Shown here piece by piece: positions 23,002 to 34,076 of a DNA stretch of 64,000 nucleotides. How positions within the stretch are numbered: the first letter of the stretch is position 1; the number at the start of each line of letters is the position of its first letter. The DNA lies in the NCBI GenBank assembly GCA_964019425.1, contig OZ025805.1, positions 124,001 through 188,000 of the forward strand, written 5' to 3'. This DNA comes from Flectonema sp. DT1601 (Eukaryota). The position numbers and the translations under genes were made by a program. A model generated the notes under the pieces. The model made no database searches and was not told the DNA's origin. It saw nothing but the letters and a program-made list of their open reading frames with translations.

Positions 23002-24368
23002 TGTTACTTTTTTTTTGAATTACTATTTGCTGTGGGGTGTTAATATGGCTGCTGTGTAAAGAATGTGTGGATGTTGTGTTCCAAACGCCAGGCGGCAACA
23101 ATTATATAAATACGATCCCCACATTGAATCATGCCTGGGGCTTACCAATATAACTAATGTGTCCTCTCTCGTACTGCATATCATAAATGACGCGGTACAT
23201 TCAAGAGTGTGAGCTTCGAAAGAAAGTCAACCCAAATACTGTCCTTCGCGATAATTTATAATTCTCTGTTGGGTCCCCGGAACTTTGATTTTCTCTGTTG
23301 TACACCACCCAAAATCGTTTCGTGTGTGTTCGTAAAGGGTTTTTCTGATTTCCAACTAGCAGCCAAGCCTTATGCAAGTGATTCTTTAACCCCCATTATA
23401 CTTCACCCTCGGGAATATTTGTAGGATACCAAGCTCAACTCGTTGCCACTGTAGGTGGCATCTCACAAGTCACAGGAAGCTTCAGGCTCATCAGAAGATC
23501 AGACTCAACGGCATTCCAAAGTTGAAAGGATTGAAGCAACTGACTGAATTCGTATTATGTCAGTAATCCTATTCGTGTGCTTTCGGTCTATTCAACATAT
23601 GTAATAAATTGGAAAACCTGTTTCCCAACAATCTATCTGCTGCGGACTTGCGGGAAGAGGTGACATTCTTAGATTTTCAAAATGTTACGGAGGGTGCTGT
23701 CAAGTTGCTCAAGTCAGTTGAGAAAACACTTCCGCTTTGTAACTACTTGCTCGCTTTCAAGAAGGAAGTACTTGTTTTCACCAGGCATCAGTGTATGCCA
23801 ACAAATATGGAATATTTGCAGGATACCGTGTGCTGCCCCCCAACATCCTTTTTCGTTCTTCCTACAATACTTGTTAAATGCAAAAAAACAACAAAAAAAC
23901 CCTTTCCGGTTTTGGGGTGAAACTTTAACAATGCAAAAAATAGTAACAACTTGTCACCCGAATTGAGAAAAGATATTCTGTGGTTTCCTACTCCATCATT
24001 GCTAGTGTTGATGGAAGGACCTTAATTCTTTCCCAGTCTAACAATCTAAAAGCAGCAACAACTTCAGGTACTAAAAACAAAATCAATCTCAAAAACCTGA
24101 CCGAAAAAAACTTGACCATGGCCCTCCCTAAAAGAACATAAAAACTACTCGCACTTGAAATATCATACACAAAGAACACACATACAAGTACATCACATCA
24201 CTTATTACCCTGATCTAACGGTACGATACTATCGGTAATTGTATCGATTGCAGTATCATACTTTGACGTACAGTTGGTGTCAATTGTGTTACCTTTGAAA
24301 TCATTGCCGGCATCAATGTCAGGATTGCCGGTGGGACCATTGCAAGAACATAATTTGCAATGACGTTC

Positions 24369-24835
24369 TTACTTCGGAAACTTCACTCGCTTCACTTTCT
24401 TCATATTCCTCACGGCCCTGTTATTGAAATCAATAATCGCATGGCCATTAACAAAAGACAAACTTGTTATTGTCGGATTCCTTAATTCAAGTTCCTGAGA
24501 CACAAATAATTTCGTGTTGACGGTCAAGAAACCCTCTTCGTCACAGAACTGCAGTAGTTCTTCAATCGTTCCTTCAAATGCATTCATATCTTCGATACTC
24601 CATCCCAACAACTCCTTCAACACTTTCAACTGTGCACCCCCTTCTATCCCATGTGATACCAACTTAGAAGACATCGGAAGCACCTTCCCTTCACAACACA
24701 ACTTGCAATTCCGAAACCCAGCACCCCACTCTTCTGACGCTGCCTCAATTGCGTCACTCATCAGCGTGTCTTCGGTAACCACAAAAACGGAACAGCCAGA
24801 AAATCTCCATCTGGACAGGAAATGGAAACTTGCAT
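24369..24835 (-). pseudogene. Diverged second Ubl(-LRR) subfamily member, frameshifted; fragments also at ~12472-12603 and inverted at ~33461-33580
   Basis: MQVSISCPDGDFLAVP / (frameshift in a T run) VVTEDTLMSDAIEAASEEWG...LCCEGKVLPMSSKLVSHGIEGGAQLKV aligns by eye with the Ubl domain of A-E. Confidence 0.7.
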
Positions 24836-25882
24836 GTTGTCTGTGCCGCTAAAATGAGGAGGAAATGAGTAATTCACTTTCCATTACTTTTATGCACCTG
24901 AGAAAGAAGTATATGTTAAGATTGAAGGCAAAGACAAACACCAGAATTGTATCCAAAAAAAGAAATATCTACACTGTGAAGGGGTGCAGATTACTTCTGC
25001 GTAAGGGGTTATGTTTTGAAGTAGTAGTTGGAGGAAGAGGAGTGGGAGCAGAATCCGAAAAAGGGAATAATTGATATCGCGAAAGAATCACACTCGGATA
25101 ACAACATTTTATATGAAAATAATCGGCAGAAGAACGGGCGATTAACAAAGTAGGAAATGGTATCCGTCGGTGATATCGTTCGATACCCGCCGACGACGAT
25201 GTTTATATTATTTCTCTCAGTGCAGTGTTGGTGACAAAATTACCTAAACCCACCACACCCACCGCCTGCTTGAGCAGACAGTGTTAGAGACGCAAACTTC
25301 TGTCAAAGAGAGGGAGAACACGCCACATTAGATCAGAAAATAAGAAATAAAGTAATGATAAGAAAGAAAAATGATACTAATAAAATAAAATAAAACAATT
25401 ACACTAAAGGAAAGAAACGTTCTTTATCTACCCCAAGGGGATTTCACCGCAGGAGGAGACTTAACCGAGAAAGAAATTTAGAAAGCTTTGATTCTGACCA
25501 GTCAGGATTGATCAGTGCATCTACTATAGAAAGGTCGTCTATAACAATATTTAAGTCGGTAGTTTTATATGAAATATCAATAACTTCCATAACATGGTTC
25601 TTCACATCAGAGCGCAGAAGTGAGAAACTTGTCTTCCTTTCGATCCGCGCGACTACTTTCCTCCTCACAAAAACACCCTGAAGCGGAAACTTGAACAATA
25701 ACAGATTGTCAGATAACTCAATAAGATGACTATTAAAATTGTTAATAGCCTTCTTGAGGTGTTATCTGAAATATATTTCTCCTTTTTATAATATTCTCGC
25801 GGATTTGGAGATTTTCTTTCAAACTCGCGATTTTTTCCACAAGTAATATTTCCCTGCCACAGAAAGAATTTTAGGGTCAAAT

Positions 25883-26585
25883 CATAGATGGAAATTTGGA
25901 GGGCGCCTGGTGAAAATCAGCCACAAAAATTTGTAGGGCCAAAATAGGGCGCTGGAGGGCGCTTTTTTAATTAAATTTAATATAATGCCGAGCTCATTTT
26001 GACACACCTGCCCTCAGAGAGGGTCGAATCGCATCTTATTTGACTTTTCTCCGGTTCGCCCGATCAAATGCGTCTCTGGGATATCAGTTTACTTGCCACC
26101 AGTAAACTTCTTTTTTTTCTCACAAGTGAAGACCGGCCTATTAACAGGTTAGCAAGAACGCACTCTCCCTCCTCGAATCCCTCTATATCCGACTCGGTGC
26201 ATTCTGCGGGCTAATCAGCTCCTTGTAGATCTGGGATGCATCGTCCACTGAAATGAGTTTCAGCTTCAGGGATTGCAGCAGGCTCCGGAAGCTCTCAAGG
26301 AGTGGCCCATTGTTTTTGCCATTGTTGACAGCCGAACCAACCTGGAGGTCTCGGGTTCGAACCCCGTGAAACCCTTTTTTCTCTTTTTCGAAAGACAAGC
26401 ATGTCAAAAAAAAAATTTGGCTTCTGCGTCAAAATACATGTGCGTCAGTGTAAGTCCCCGTCAATTTAGCTGTCTTATAGTAATAAAAAAGGTAAAAAAA
26501 AGCGCCCTCCAAAATAATATTTATATTAAAAGCGCTCTACAAGCGTCCTACACGCCCTCCAAATTGTAGGGCACTTCTATCTACA
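25883..26585. mobile_element. Second copy of the 703-bp insertion (co-duplicated with its flanks)
   Basis: Matches 13333-14035 at an offset of 12550. Confidence 0.7.
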
Positions 26586-26666
26586 GCCACAGAAAGATTT
26601 TTAGGTTCAAATAATTAATAAAACAAAAATAACAAAAAACAAAAATTTAAGAAATAACTCACCACT

Positions 26667-27899
26667 TTATCCTGAATAATCAATCGCTGCTTTCACAGAC
26701 TTCTCAAAGAGAGCGCTATTACTTTCAGGCAGCTGCACAGATTCAAGAGCGTTGCATTCACTGAGAAAGCGATCACCAATAGTGCTGGCACTACTAAGAC
26801 CTGAAAGGTCAAGAGTAGTGATTTGTTTACAGAAATATAAGAAATAATTCCCAATAGTGGTGACACTACTAAGACTTGAAAGGTCAAGAGAAGTGATTTG
26901 TTCACAGTAAAATAAGAAACGATCACCAATAGTGGTGACACTACTAAGACCTGAAAGGTCAAGAGTAGTAATTTGTGAACAGTTAGACAAGAAATAATCA
27001 CCAATAGTGGTGACACTACTGAGACTTGAAAGGACAAGAATAGTAATTTGTGAACAGTTAGACAAGAAATAATTCCCAATAGTTGTGACACTACTAAGAC
27101 CTGAAAGGTCAAGAGAAGTGATTTGTTCACAGTAAAATAAGAAACGATCACCAATAGTGGTGACACTACTAAGACATGAAAGGTCAAGAGTAGTAATTTG
27201 AAAACAGTTAGACAAGAAACGATCACCAATAGTGGTGACACTACTAAGACCTGAAACGTCAAGAATAGTAATTTGTGAACAGTTAGACAAGAAACTTACA
27301 CCAATAGTGGTGACACTACTAAGACTTGAAAGGTCAAGAATAGTAATTTGTGAACAGTTAGCCAAGAAACTATAACCAATAGTGGTGACACTACTAAGAC
27401 TTGAAAGGTCAAGAGAAGTGATTTGTGAAGAACGAAGGAACCTATCTCCGATAGTAGTAACCAGTGAGATGTCTGTGTTGTTGGGATTTGAATTGCGGAA
27501 AGCAATCTGTTTGGCATCTGAAGGAAGCAGCTCACCGTCAACAGTGAGGCAACCATCTGCTGTGAATGTCGGAGTGTCCAGACATAAGTACTCCGTAATG
27601 TGGTCTCTCATCCAAAGAAGCAGCTTCTCCCGTTTTGCATCATCAACAAACCAGCTTTTACCGAATATCCTAAACTGCTTCTTCCACATTTCAAACTCGC
27701 TGTTTGCAACCACTCCATGATCTGCCAGCCGATCAGTTTCGCAAAGGGTATCACCAGCAAACGAGAGTTCAACTTCATCCGGATCGACATCCCACTCCCC
27801 AGCCGCCGCCGTCAACACGTCGATCACAACTGAATCAGTACCAGCCGTCACTGTCACTGCGGGGAGTCCCCAATCCGGACACGTCACAAAAACTTGCAT
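26667..27899 (-). CDS. Ubl-LRR protein D (410 aa; 9 full LRRs)
   Basis: Intact paralogue. The last five repeats and C-cap are near-identical to B. One codon is deleted in the first half-repeat (FLRSSQ). Confidence 0.85.
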   Translation of the reverse strand: MQVFVTCPDWGLPAVTVTAGTDSVVIDVLTAAAGEWDVDPDEVELSFAGDTLCETDRLADHGVVANSEFEMWKKQFRIFGKSWFVDDAKREKLLLWMRDHITEYLCLDTPTFTADGCLTVDGELLPSDAKQIAFRNSNPNNTDISLVTTIGDRFLRSSQITSLDLSSLSSVTTIGYSFLANCSQITILDLSSLSSVTTIGVSFLSNCSQITILDVSGLSSVTTIGDRFLSNCFQITTLDLSCLSSVTTIGDRFLFYCEQITSLDLSGLSSVTTIGNYFLSNCSQITILVLSSLSSVTTIGDYFLSNCSQITTLDLSGLSSVTTIGDRFLFYCEQITSLDLSSLSSVTTIGNYFLYFCKQITTLDLSGLSSASTIGDRFLSECNALESVQLPESNSALFEKSVKAAIDYSG

Positions 27900-28204
27900 T
27901 GTTACTTTATTTTTGAATTACTATTTGCTGTGGGTGTTAATATGGCTGCTGTGTAAAGAATGTGTGGATGTTGTGTTCCAAACGCCAGGCGGCAACAATT
28001 ATATAAATACGATCCCCACATTGAATCATGCCTGGGGCTTACCAATATAACTAAAGTGTCCTCTCTCGTACTGCATATCATAAATGACGCGGTACATTCA
28101 AGAGTGTGAGCTTCGAAAGAAAGTCAACCCAAATACTGTCCTTCGCGATAATTTATAATTCTCCGTTGGGTCCCCGGAACTTTGATTTTCTCTGTTGTAC
28201 ACCA

Positions 28205-28625
28205 CCCAAAAAAGTTTTGTAAAAACAAAAGGAAATAAAAGGGAAAACCCCTAATTCCGCACAAAGTTTTTTTTCCGAATTCCGGATACCTCCTAAAGAC
28301 TTTAATTATTTCCCCGTCTCTTATTATCCAGCGTTCTTTGCATGACTCGTCTGGTTCTGATGCCTCAGACATCCACCATTCGGTGATATCCCGAGTGAGG
28401 CTCCGGTTTCCTGATTTACACGAGGGTGTAGTTGGTGATGGTGACACGTGACTCAGAAGTAACATTCTCAGCACGTCGAACCAATGTTTTGACAACTATT
28501 TCAGGGAAGCTTCCAACAAGTGGGCCATTATCACCACCACAGATGCAACATTTTCCTTACATAATTGCTACTAGGGTTGATTGGTTAGTAAAAAAGTTCA
28601 TATCTCTTGAGTGCGGGAGAAGAAA
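28205..28625 (-). mobile_element. Internally deleted remnant of the Sola-like element
   Basis: Matches parts of 15810-17960 and 32440-32790. Confidence 0.65.
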
Positions 28626-28629
28626 TAAA

Positions 28630-28897
28630 AAACTGAAAAATGAAATCACGTGCTGGGCATTTCTCAATCGTCCAACCGGCTCCTTATCCCCGCTAGTGAT
28701 TGCTGGCAACGGTCCAGCAGGTTTGTGTGGTATGTGATACTTTTGATAGTGATGCATAATTTAATTGTGAGTTGTGCATATCTGAACAAATTAAAACTAA
28801 AAAAAAGAAAACAAATTAAAACATACAATCACAGAACAAGACCATTGGGATTACGGGGGTCGGGAAGTTAATTTGCAGATTCTAACTTAGCAAGTCT
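28630..28897 (-). pseudogene. Third dynein 5'-end fragment
   Basis: Copy of ~7863-8130 (MHHYQKYHIPHKPAGP...VISFFS) fused to transposon sequence. Confidence 0.85.
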
Positions 28898-29509
28898 GCA
28901 TGTCGTCTGTGCCGCTGAAATGAGGAGGAAATGAGTAATTAGCTTTCCATCACTTATATGAACCTGAGAAAGAAGTATATGTTAAGATTGAAGGCAAAGA
29001 CAAACACCAGAATTGTATCCAACAAAAGAAATATCTACACTGTGAAGGGGTGCAGATTACTTCTGCGTAAGGGGTTATGTTTTGAAGTAGTAGTTGGAGG
29101 AAGAGGAGTGGGAGCAGAGTCTGAAAATAAAGTAATGATAATAAAGATAAATGATACTAATAAAATAAAATAAGACAATTACACTAAAGGAAAGAAACGT
29201 TCTTTATCTACCAAAAGGGGATTTCACCGCAGGAGGAGACTTAACCGAGAAAGATATTTAGAAAGCCTTGATTCCGACCAGTCAGGATTGATCAGTGCAT
29301 CTACTATAGAAAGGTCGTCTATAACAATATTTAAGTCGGTAGTTTTAAATGAGAGAATGCCAAAAGTAATTTAGAAAGCTTTGATGGATTTCACTGCAAA
29401 CTCGCGAGTTCTTCCACAAATAATATTTCCCTGCCACAGAAAGATTTTTAGGGTCAAATAATTAAACAAAAATAACAAAAAGCAAAAATTTGAGAATCAA
29501 CTCACCACT

Positions 29510-30775
29510 TTATCCTGAATAACCAATCGCTGCTTTCACAGACTCCTCAAAGAGAGCGCTATTACTTTCAGGCAGCTGCACAGATTCAAGAGCGTTGCAT
29601 TTACTGAGAAAGCGATCACCAATAGTGGTGACACTACTAAGACCTGAAAGGTCAAGAGAAGTAATTTGTTTACAGTTTGACAAGAAACTACCACCAATAG
29701 TGGTGACACTACTAAGACTTGAAAGGTCAATAGTAGTAATTTGTTCACAGCTTGACGAGAAACTAGTAATTTGTGAACAGTTAGACAAGAAATAATTCCC
29801 AATAGTGGTGACACTACCAAGATCTGAAAGGTCAAGAGTAGTGATTTGTTTACAGCTTGACAAGAAACCATCACCAATAGTGGTGACACTACTAAGACTT
29901 GAAAGGTTAAGAATAGAAATTTGTGAACAGTTAGACAAGAAATAATCTCCAATAGTGGTGACACTACTAAGACCTGAAAGGTCAAGAATAGTAATTTGTG
30001 AACAGTTAGACAAGAAATAATCACCAATAGTGGTGACACTACTAAGACCTGAAAGGTCAAGAGAAGTGATTTGTTCACAGAAATATAAAAAGAAATTCCC
30101 AATAGTGGTGACACTACTAAGACTTGAAAGGTCAAGAGAAGTGATTTGTTCACAGTAAAATAAGAAAAAATCACAAATATTGGTGACACTACTTAGACTT
30201 GAAAGGTTTAGAGAAGTGATTTGTTTACAGCTTGACAAGAAATTATCACCAATAGTGGTGACACTACTAAGACTTGGAAGGTCAAGAGAAGTGATTTGTA
30301 AACAACGAGACAAGAATCTATCTCCGATAGTAGTAACTAGTGAGATGTTTTTGTTGTTGGAATTTGAATTGCGGAAAGCAATCTGTTTGGTATCTGAAGG
30401 AAGCAGCTCACCGTCAACAGTGAGGCAACCATCTTCTGTGAATGTCGGAGTGTCCAGACATAAGTACTCCGTAATGTGGTCTCTCATCCAAAGAAGCAGC
30501 TTCTCCCGTTTTGAATCATCAACAAACCAGCTTTTACTGAATATCCTAAACTGCTTCTTCGCCATTTCCAACTCGCTGTTTGCAACCACTCCATGATCTG
30601 CCAGCCGATCAGTTTCGCAAAGGGTATCACCAGCAAACGAGAGTTCAACTTCATCCGGATCGACATCCCACTCCCCAGCCGCCGCCGTCAACACGTCGTT
30701 CACAACTGAATCAGTACCAGCCGTCACTGTCACTGCGGGGAGTCCCCAATCCGGACACGTCACAAAAACTTGCAT
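29510..30775 (-). CDS. Ubl-LRR protein E (421 aa; 9 full LRRs + a 10-aa partial repeat)
   Basis: Intact paralogue with an in-frame truncated repeat, ITSFSSSCEQ. Confidence 0.85.
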   Translation of the reverse strand: MQVFVTCPDWGLPAVTVTAGTDSVVNDVLTAAAGEWDVDPDEVELSFAGDTLCETDRLADHGVVANSELEMAKKQFRIFSKSWFVDDSKREKLLLWMRDHITEYLCLDTPTFTEDGCLTVDGELLPSDTKQIAFRNSNSNNKNISLVTTIGDRFLSRCLQITSLDLPSLSSVTTIGDNFLSSCKQITSLNLSSLSSVTNICDFFLFYCEQITSLDLSSLSSVTTIGNFFLYFCEQITSLDLSGLSSVTTIGDYFLSNCSQITILDLSGLSSVTTIGDYFLSNCSQISILNLSSLSSVTTIGDGFLSSCKQITTLDLSDLGSVTTIGNYFLSNCSQITSFSSSCEQITTIDLSSLSSVTTIGGSFLSNCKQITSLDLSGLSSVTTIGDRFLSKCNALESVQLPESNSALFEESVKAAIGYSG

Positions 30776-30981
30776 TGTTACTTTTTTTTTGAATTACTAC
30801 TTGCTGTGGGATGTTAATGTGTGGATGTTGTGTTCCAAACGCCAGGCGGCAACAATTATATAAATACGATCCCTACATTGAATCATGTCTGGGGCTTACC
30901 AATATAACTAATGTGTCCTCTCTCGTACTGCATATCATAAATGACGCGGTACATTCAAGAGTGTGAGCTTCGAAAGAAAGT

Positions 30982-33082
30982 TTTTCCCGAATTCCAGATT
31001 TAAACAAAAGGTTTCGAAAAACCGCCAGCCGCAAACTACAGATATTGACTACTCAATAACATCTTTCACATGTTGTCTTAAATCAACGAAACAGACTCTC
31101 GACGTCGAGTAGGTCCCCACCAACGCAGAGCGACATTTGGTCACCATGCGTGACAATCCCGCGACAGTCTTTTCCCCCTTCCTCTTTTATTTTGTATTTG
31201 GGTATAGACGTTTTTTCAACAACAGTGTGTCTTCTTTGTTCCGATACCACGCTGGGGATGCGACTGTTGTGTGAATTGATATCCTTGTTGTTGTTCCGGC
31301 TGGCATGTTAACAGTTCTACCCGAATATATAATTTAGATTCCGGGTTCCCTAATTAGGGTCCTGATGCGACTGCGAAAAAGCAAAAACGTTTTGTATGTG
31401 TTTCGTAAAGGTTTGAATTGATATCCTTCCTCACTCCTCAGTAGTGCTGTCTGATTCCTCAGTAGTGCTATCTGACCCTCGGAGGTACTGCTTGGTGGGT
31501 GAGATTTGACTATTTTATATCCAACAGATCCCCGTATTTGCACACAAAGATCGTAGTCACCTCTGATGCAGAGGGTACAAAAGCATGAAACGGCGTGATA
31601 TCCCATTGTAAAGTCTTGTACTTCATTTTGATAACCTCACTAGCGAGCGGAAGGAGAAGAAGTTACTACGGATACCGGTCAAGATTATCTCTCCGTGTCA
31701 AGGGGATACGTCGGTAATGTCAGGTAAAAAATTAAATACTCGCTCCGAGATGGGTTTGGAGGAATCAGCGATAGCCATCTTAGTGCGGGCAACTTCAAAA
31801 AGAGATTTCGCATCACTTATATCACCTGTCAAGTTGTAGCGATGTGCAGAGCGCCCAATGTCAAGAGCAAACCTCTTCAATTGGTATCCCTCAGAATCCC
31901 ATGGTCCCTTACCATGTCCTGTAGGAAAGCAGTCCCATGTTACATCTTTATCTATTGCTGCCATCCAGTCAAGCATGTATTTAACTTTGAAGCGATTACC
32001 TCCTTCGCTAAAAATGTGAAAGTGAGCAAAATCATCCTGCAGCGTATCCAGCAAGTGTGACAGAGCCTTGCAGACAGCTGGAAAAGTCTGAGTGAGATTG
32101 TTTGATATATAATAGTGGGTAGTGTATTGAATTATCCGTGTGATGAAAAGTCTGAGTGTGATTGCAGGTTTGCTGCTTAACCCTTTTTATTACTGGTGTT
32201 GATGGAGAGTCCCTCTTGCACTTTGCGGCATTTCGCAAGTGCGAATAACACGAAGTGTAAACACAGTTTTCAGGGAGCCTGAAGCTTCCTGTGACATGTG
32301 AGATGCCACCTACAGTGTCAACGAGTTGAGGTTGGTATCCTACAAATATTCCGTAATCTCAATGACATGAAATATGAGTGGGATACCTCACCGCGATATT
32401 TGCAGTACTCACTCCAAGCATGTTGATACGGGTGTCTGCAACACCTCTTAAAGACTTTAATTCTTTCCCCGTCTCTTATTATCCAGCGTTCTTTGCATGA
32501 CTCGTCTGGTTCTGATGCCTCAGACATCCACCATTCGGTGATATCCCGAGTGAGGCTCCGGTTTCCTGATTTACACGAGGGTGTAGTTGGTGATGGTGAC
32601 ACGTGACTCAGAAGTAACATTCTCAGCACGTCGAACCAATGTTTTGACAACTATTTCAGGGAAGCTTCCAACAAGTGGGCCATTATCACCACCACAGATG
32701 CAACATTTTCCTTACATAATTGCTACTAGGGTTGATTGGTTAGTAAAAAAGTTCATATCTCTTGAGTGCGGGAGAAGAAATAAAAAATAGTAAAAAAAAA
32801 GAAATTAGGGGTGTTTTTTACTCAGATTTTCTCGATCTTTCCATTCCAGGTCTGGGATTAATATTTATCATTGAGCAGTACCAAGGAAATCTTGCAAAGA
32901 GACGTTTATCTCTTTTTAGCAGCACTTACCATGTTTAAAAGTATATCCCTATGCCTAATTTTATAGATCGCACCCTCCCCGATTCCAAAAAATAAAAAAT
33001 CGAGCAAAAGTAACAAATCGTGTGACCTTGCTCAGGCGGTGAGAAAATGGTGTTTTTTGGTCGCGAAAAAAAAGAATGACTG
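30982..33082 (-). mobile_element. Decayed Sola-like transposon retaining one terminus
   Basis: Transposase core HFHIFSEGGNRFK...TGHGKGPWDSEGYQLKR at 31698-32054. It ends in ...gaatgactg followed by ATAT at 33082, the same terminus as the MITE. Confidence 0.7.
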
Positions 33083-34076
33083 ATATATTTTTGTCTTATC
33101 GACCAGAAGACGTTGTCGAATCTGGTAATTCGGGGACCACGTACTAAACAGGTTGAGCGTCCCATGCTCTGTAGTCCGTTACAATAAGTTAACATACATT
33201 TAACCGAAGTTAAAATAAAAAAACAGTTCTTCGGTTTTTTTTTTTTTTGGGGGAGGTAATTAATAGGCAAAAGTTTTGACACCTTTCCCGGGTTGAGAAG
33301 TATGAGACACAAAAGAGTACAAAAGATAACAAAGTTCAGTTTTGAGAAGAAACAAACAATCACATACCAAGATAGCATCGCAGCACTTCCAGACTTCCAT
33401 CGACCCCCTTCGCAATCTCACATCTCTAAGGCATGAACAGCTTTCAACCATTCCAACTGGTGAGTGACGCAATTGAGGCAGCGTCAGAAGAGTGGGGTGC
33501 TGGGTTTCGGAATTGCGAGTTGTGTTGTGAAGGGAAGGTGCTTCCGATGTCTTCTAAGTTGGTATCACATGGGATGGAAAGTGCACCTGAAGAAACCTCG
33601 TGTTAAATAACAGCTTCAATCCCCCACCAATACTGGATAATAAAAAGTGGTAGAGATAAATACAATCATAAGGAAAACAAAACTGAGAAATGGGTTTTTT
33701 TTTTTTCTATAAACGAGTGATTTCTTTTTTGTTTGTTTGTCTGTTTGTTTGATATATACTCATAATAATCACAAATAGCCGTAACTATCCCCTTCGTACT
33801 GCCCGACTGCTTATTTGAGTTAACCTAAACGTTTAAAGGAATATTAATATCGGGGAATACTCTCTTTTGGTTAACCGTGAACACGCACTCACCTTCAAGA
33901 GTGTTTTCCAAAGCAATTGAAAATAGATAACGTACAATGTGATAATAGTGAATACAGCAAAAACAAAAAACAAAAAAATAATAATAAGAAAAAACATCGG
34001 GTTTTTGGTGTACACACTATTTTTTGAAAAAAAATAGTGAACAATTGGAAAAAGTTTTTTTTTTTTTTTTTTTTTT

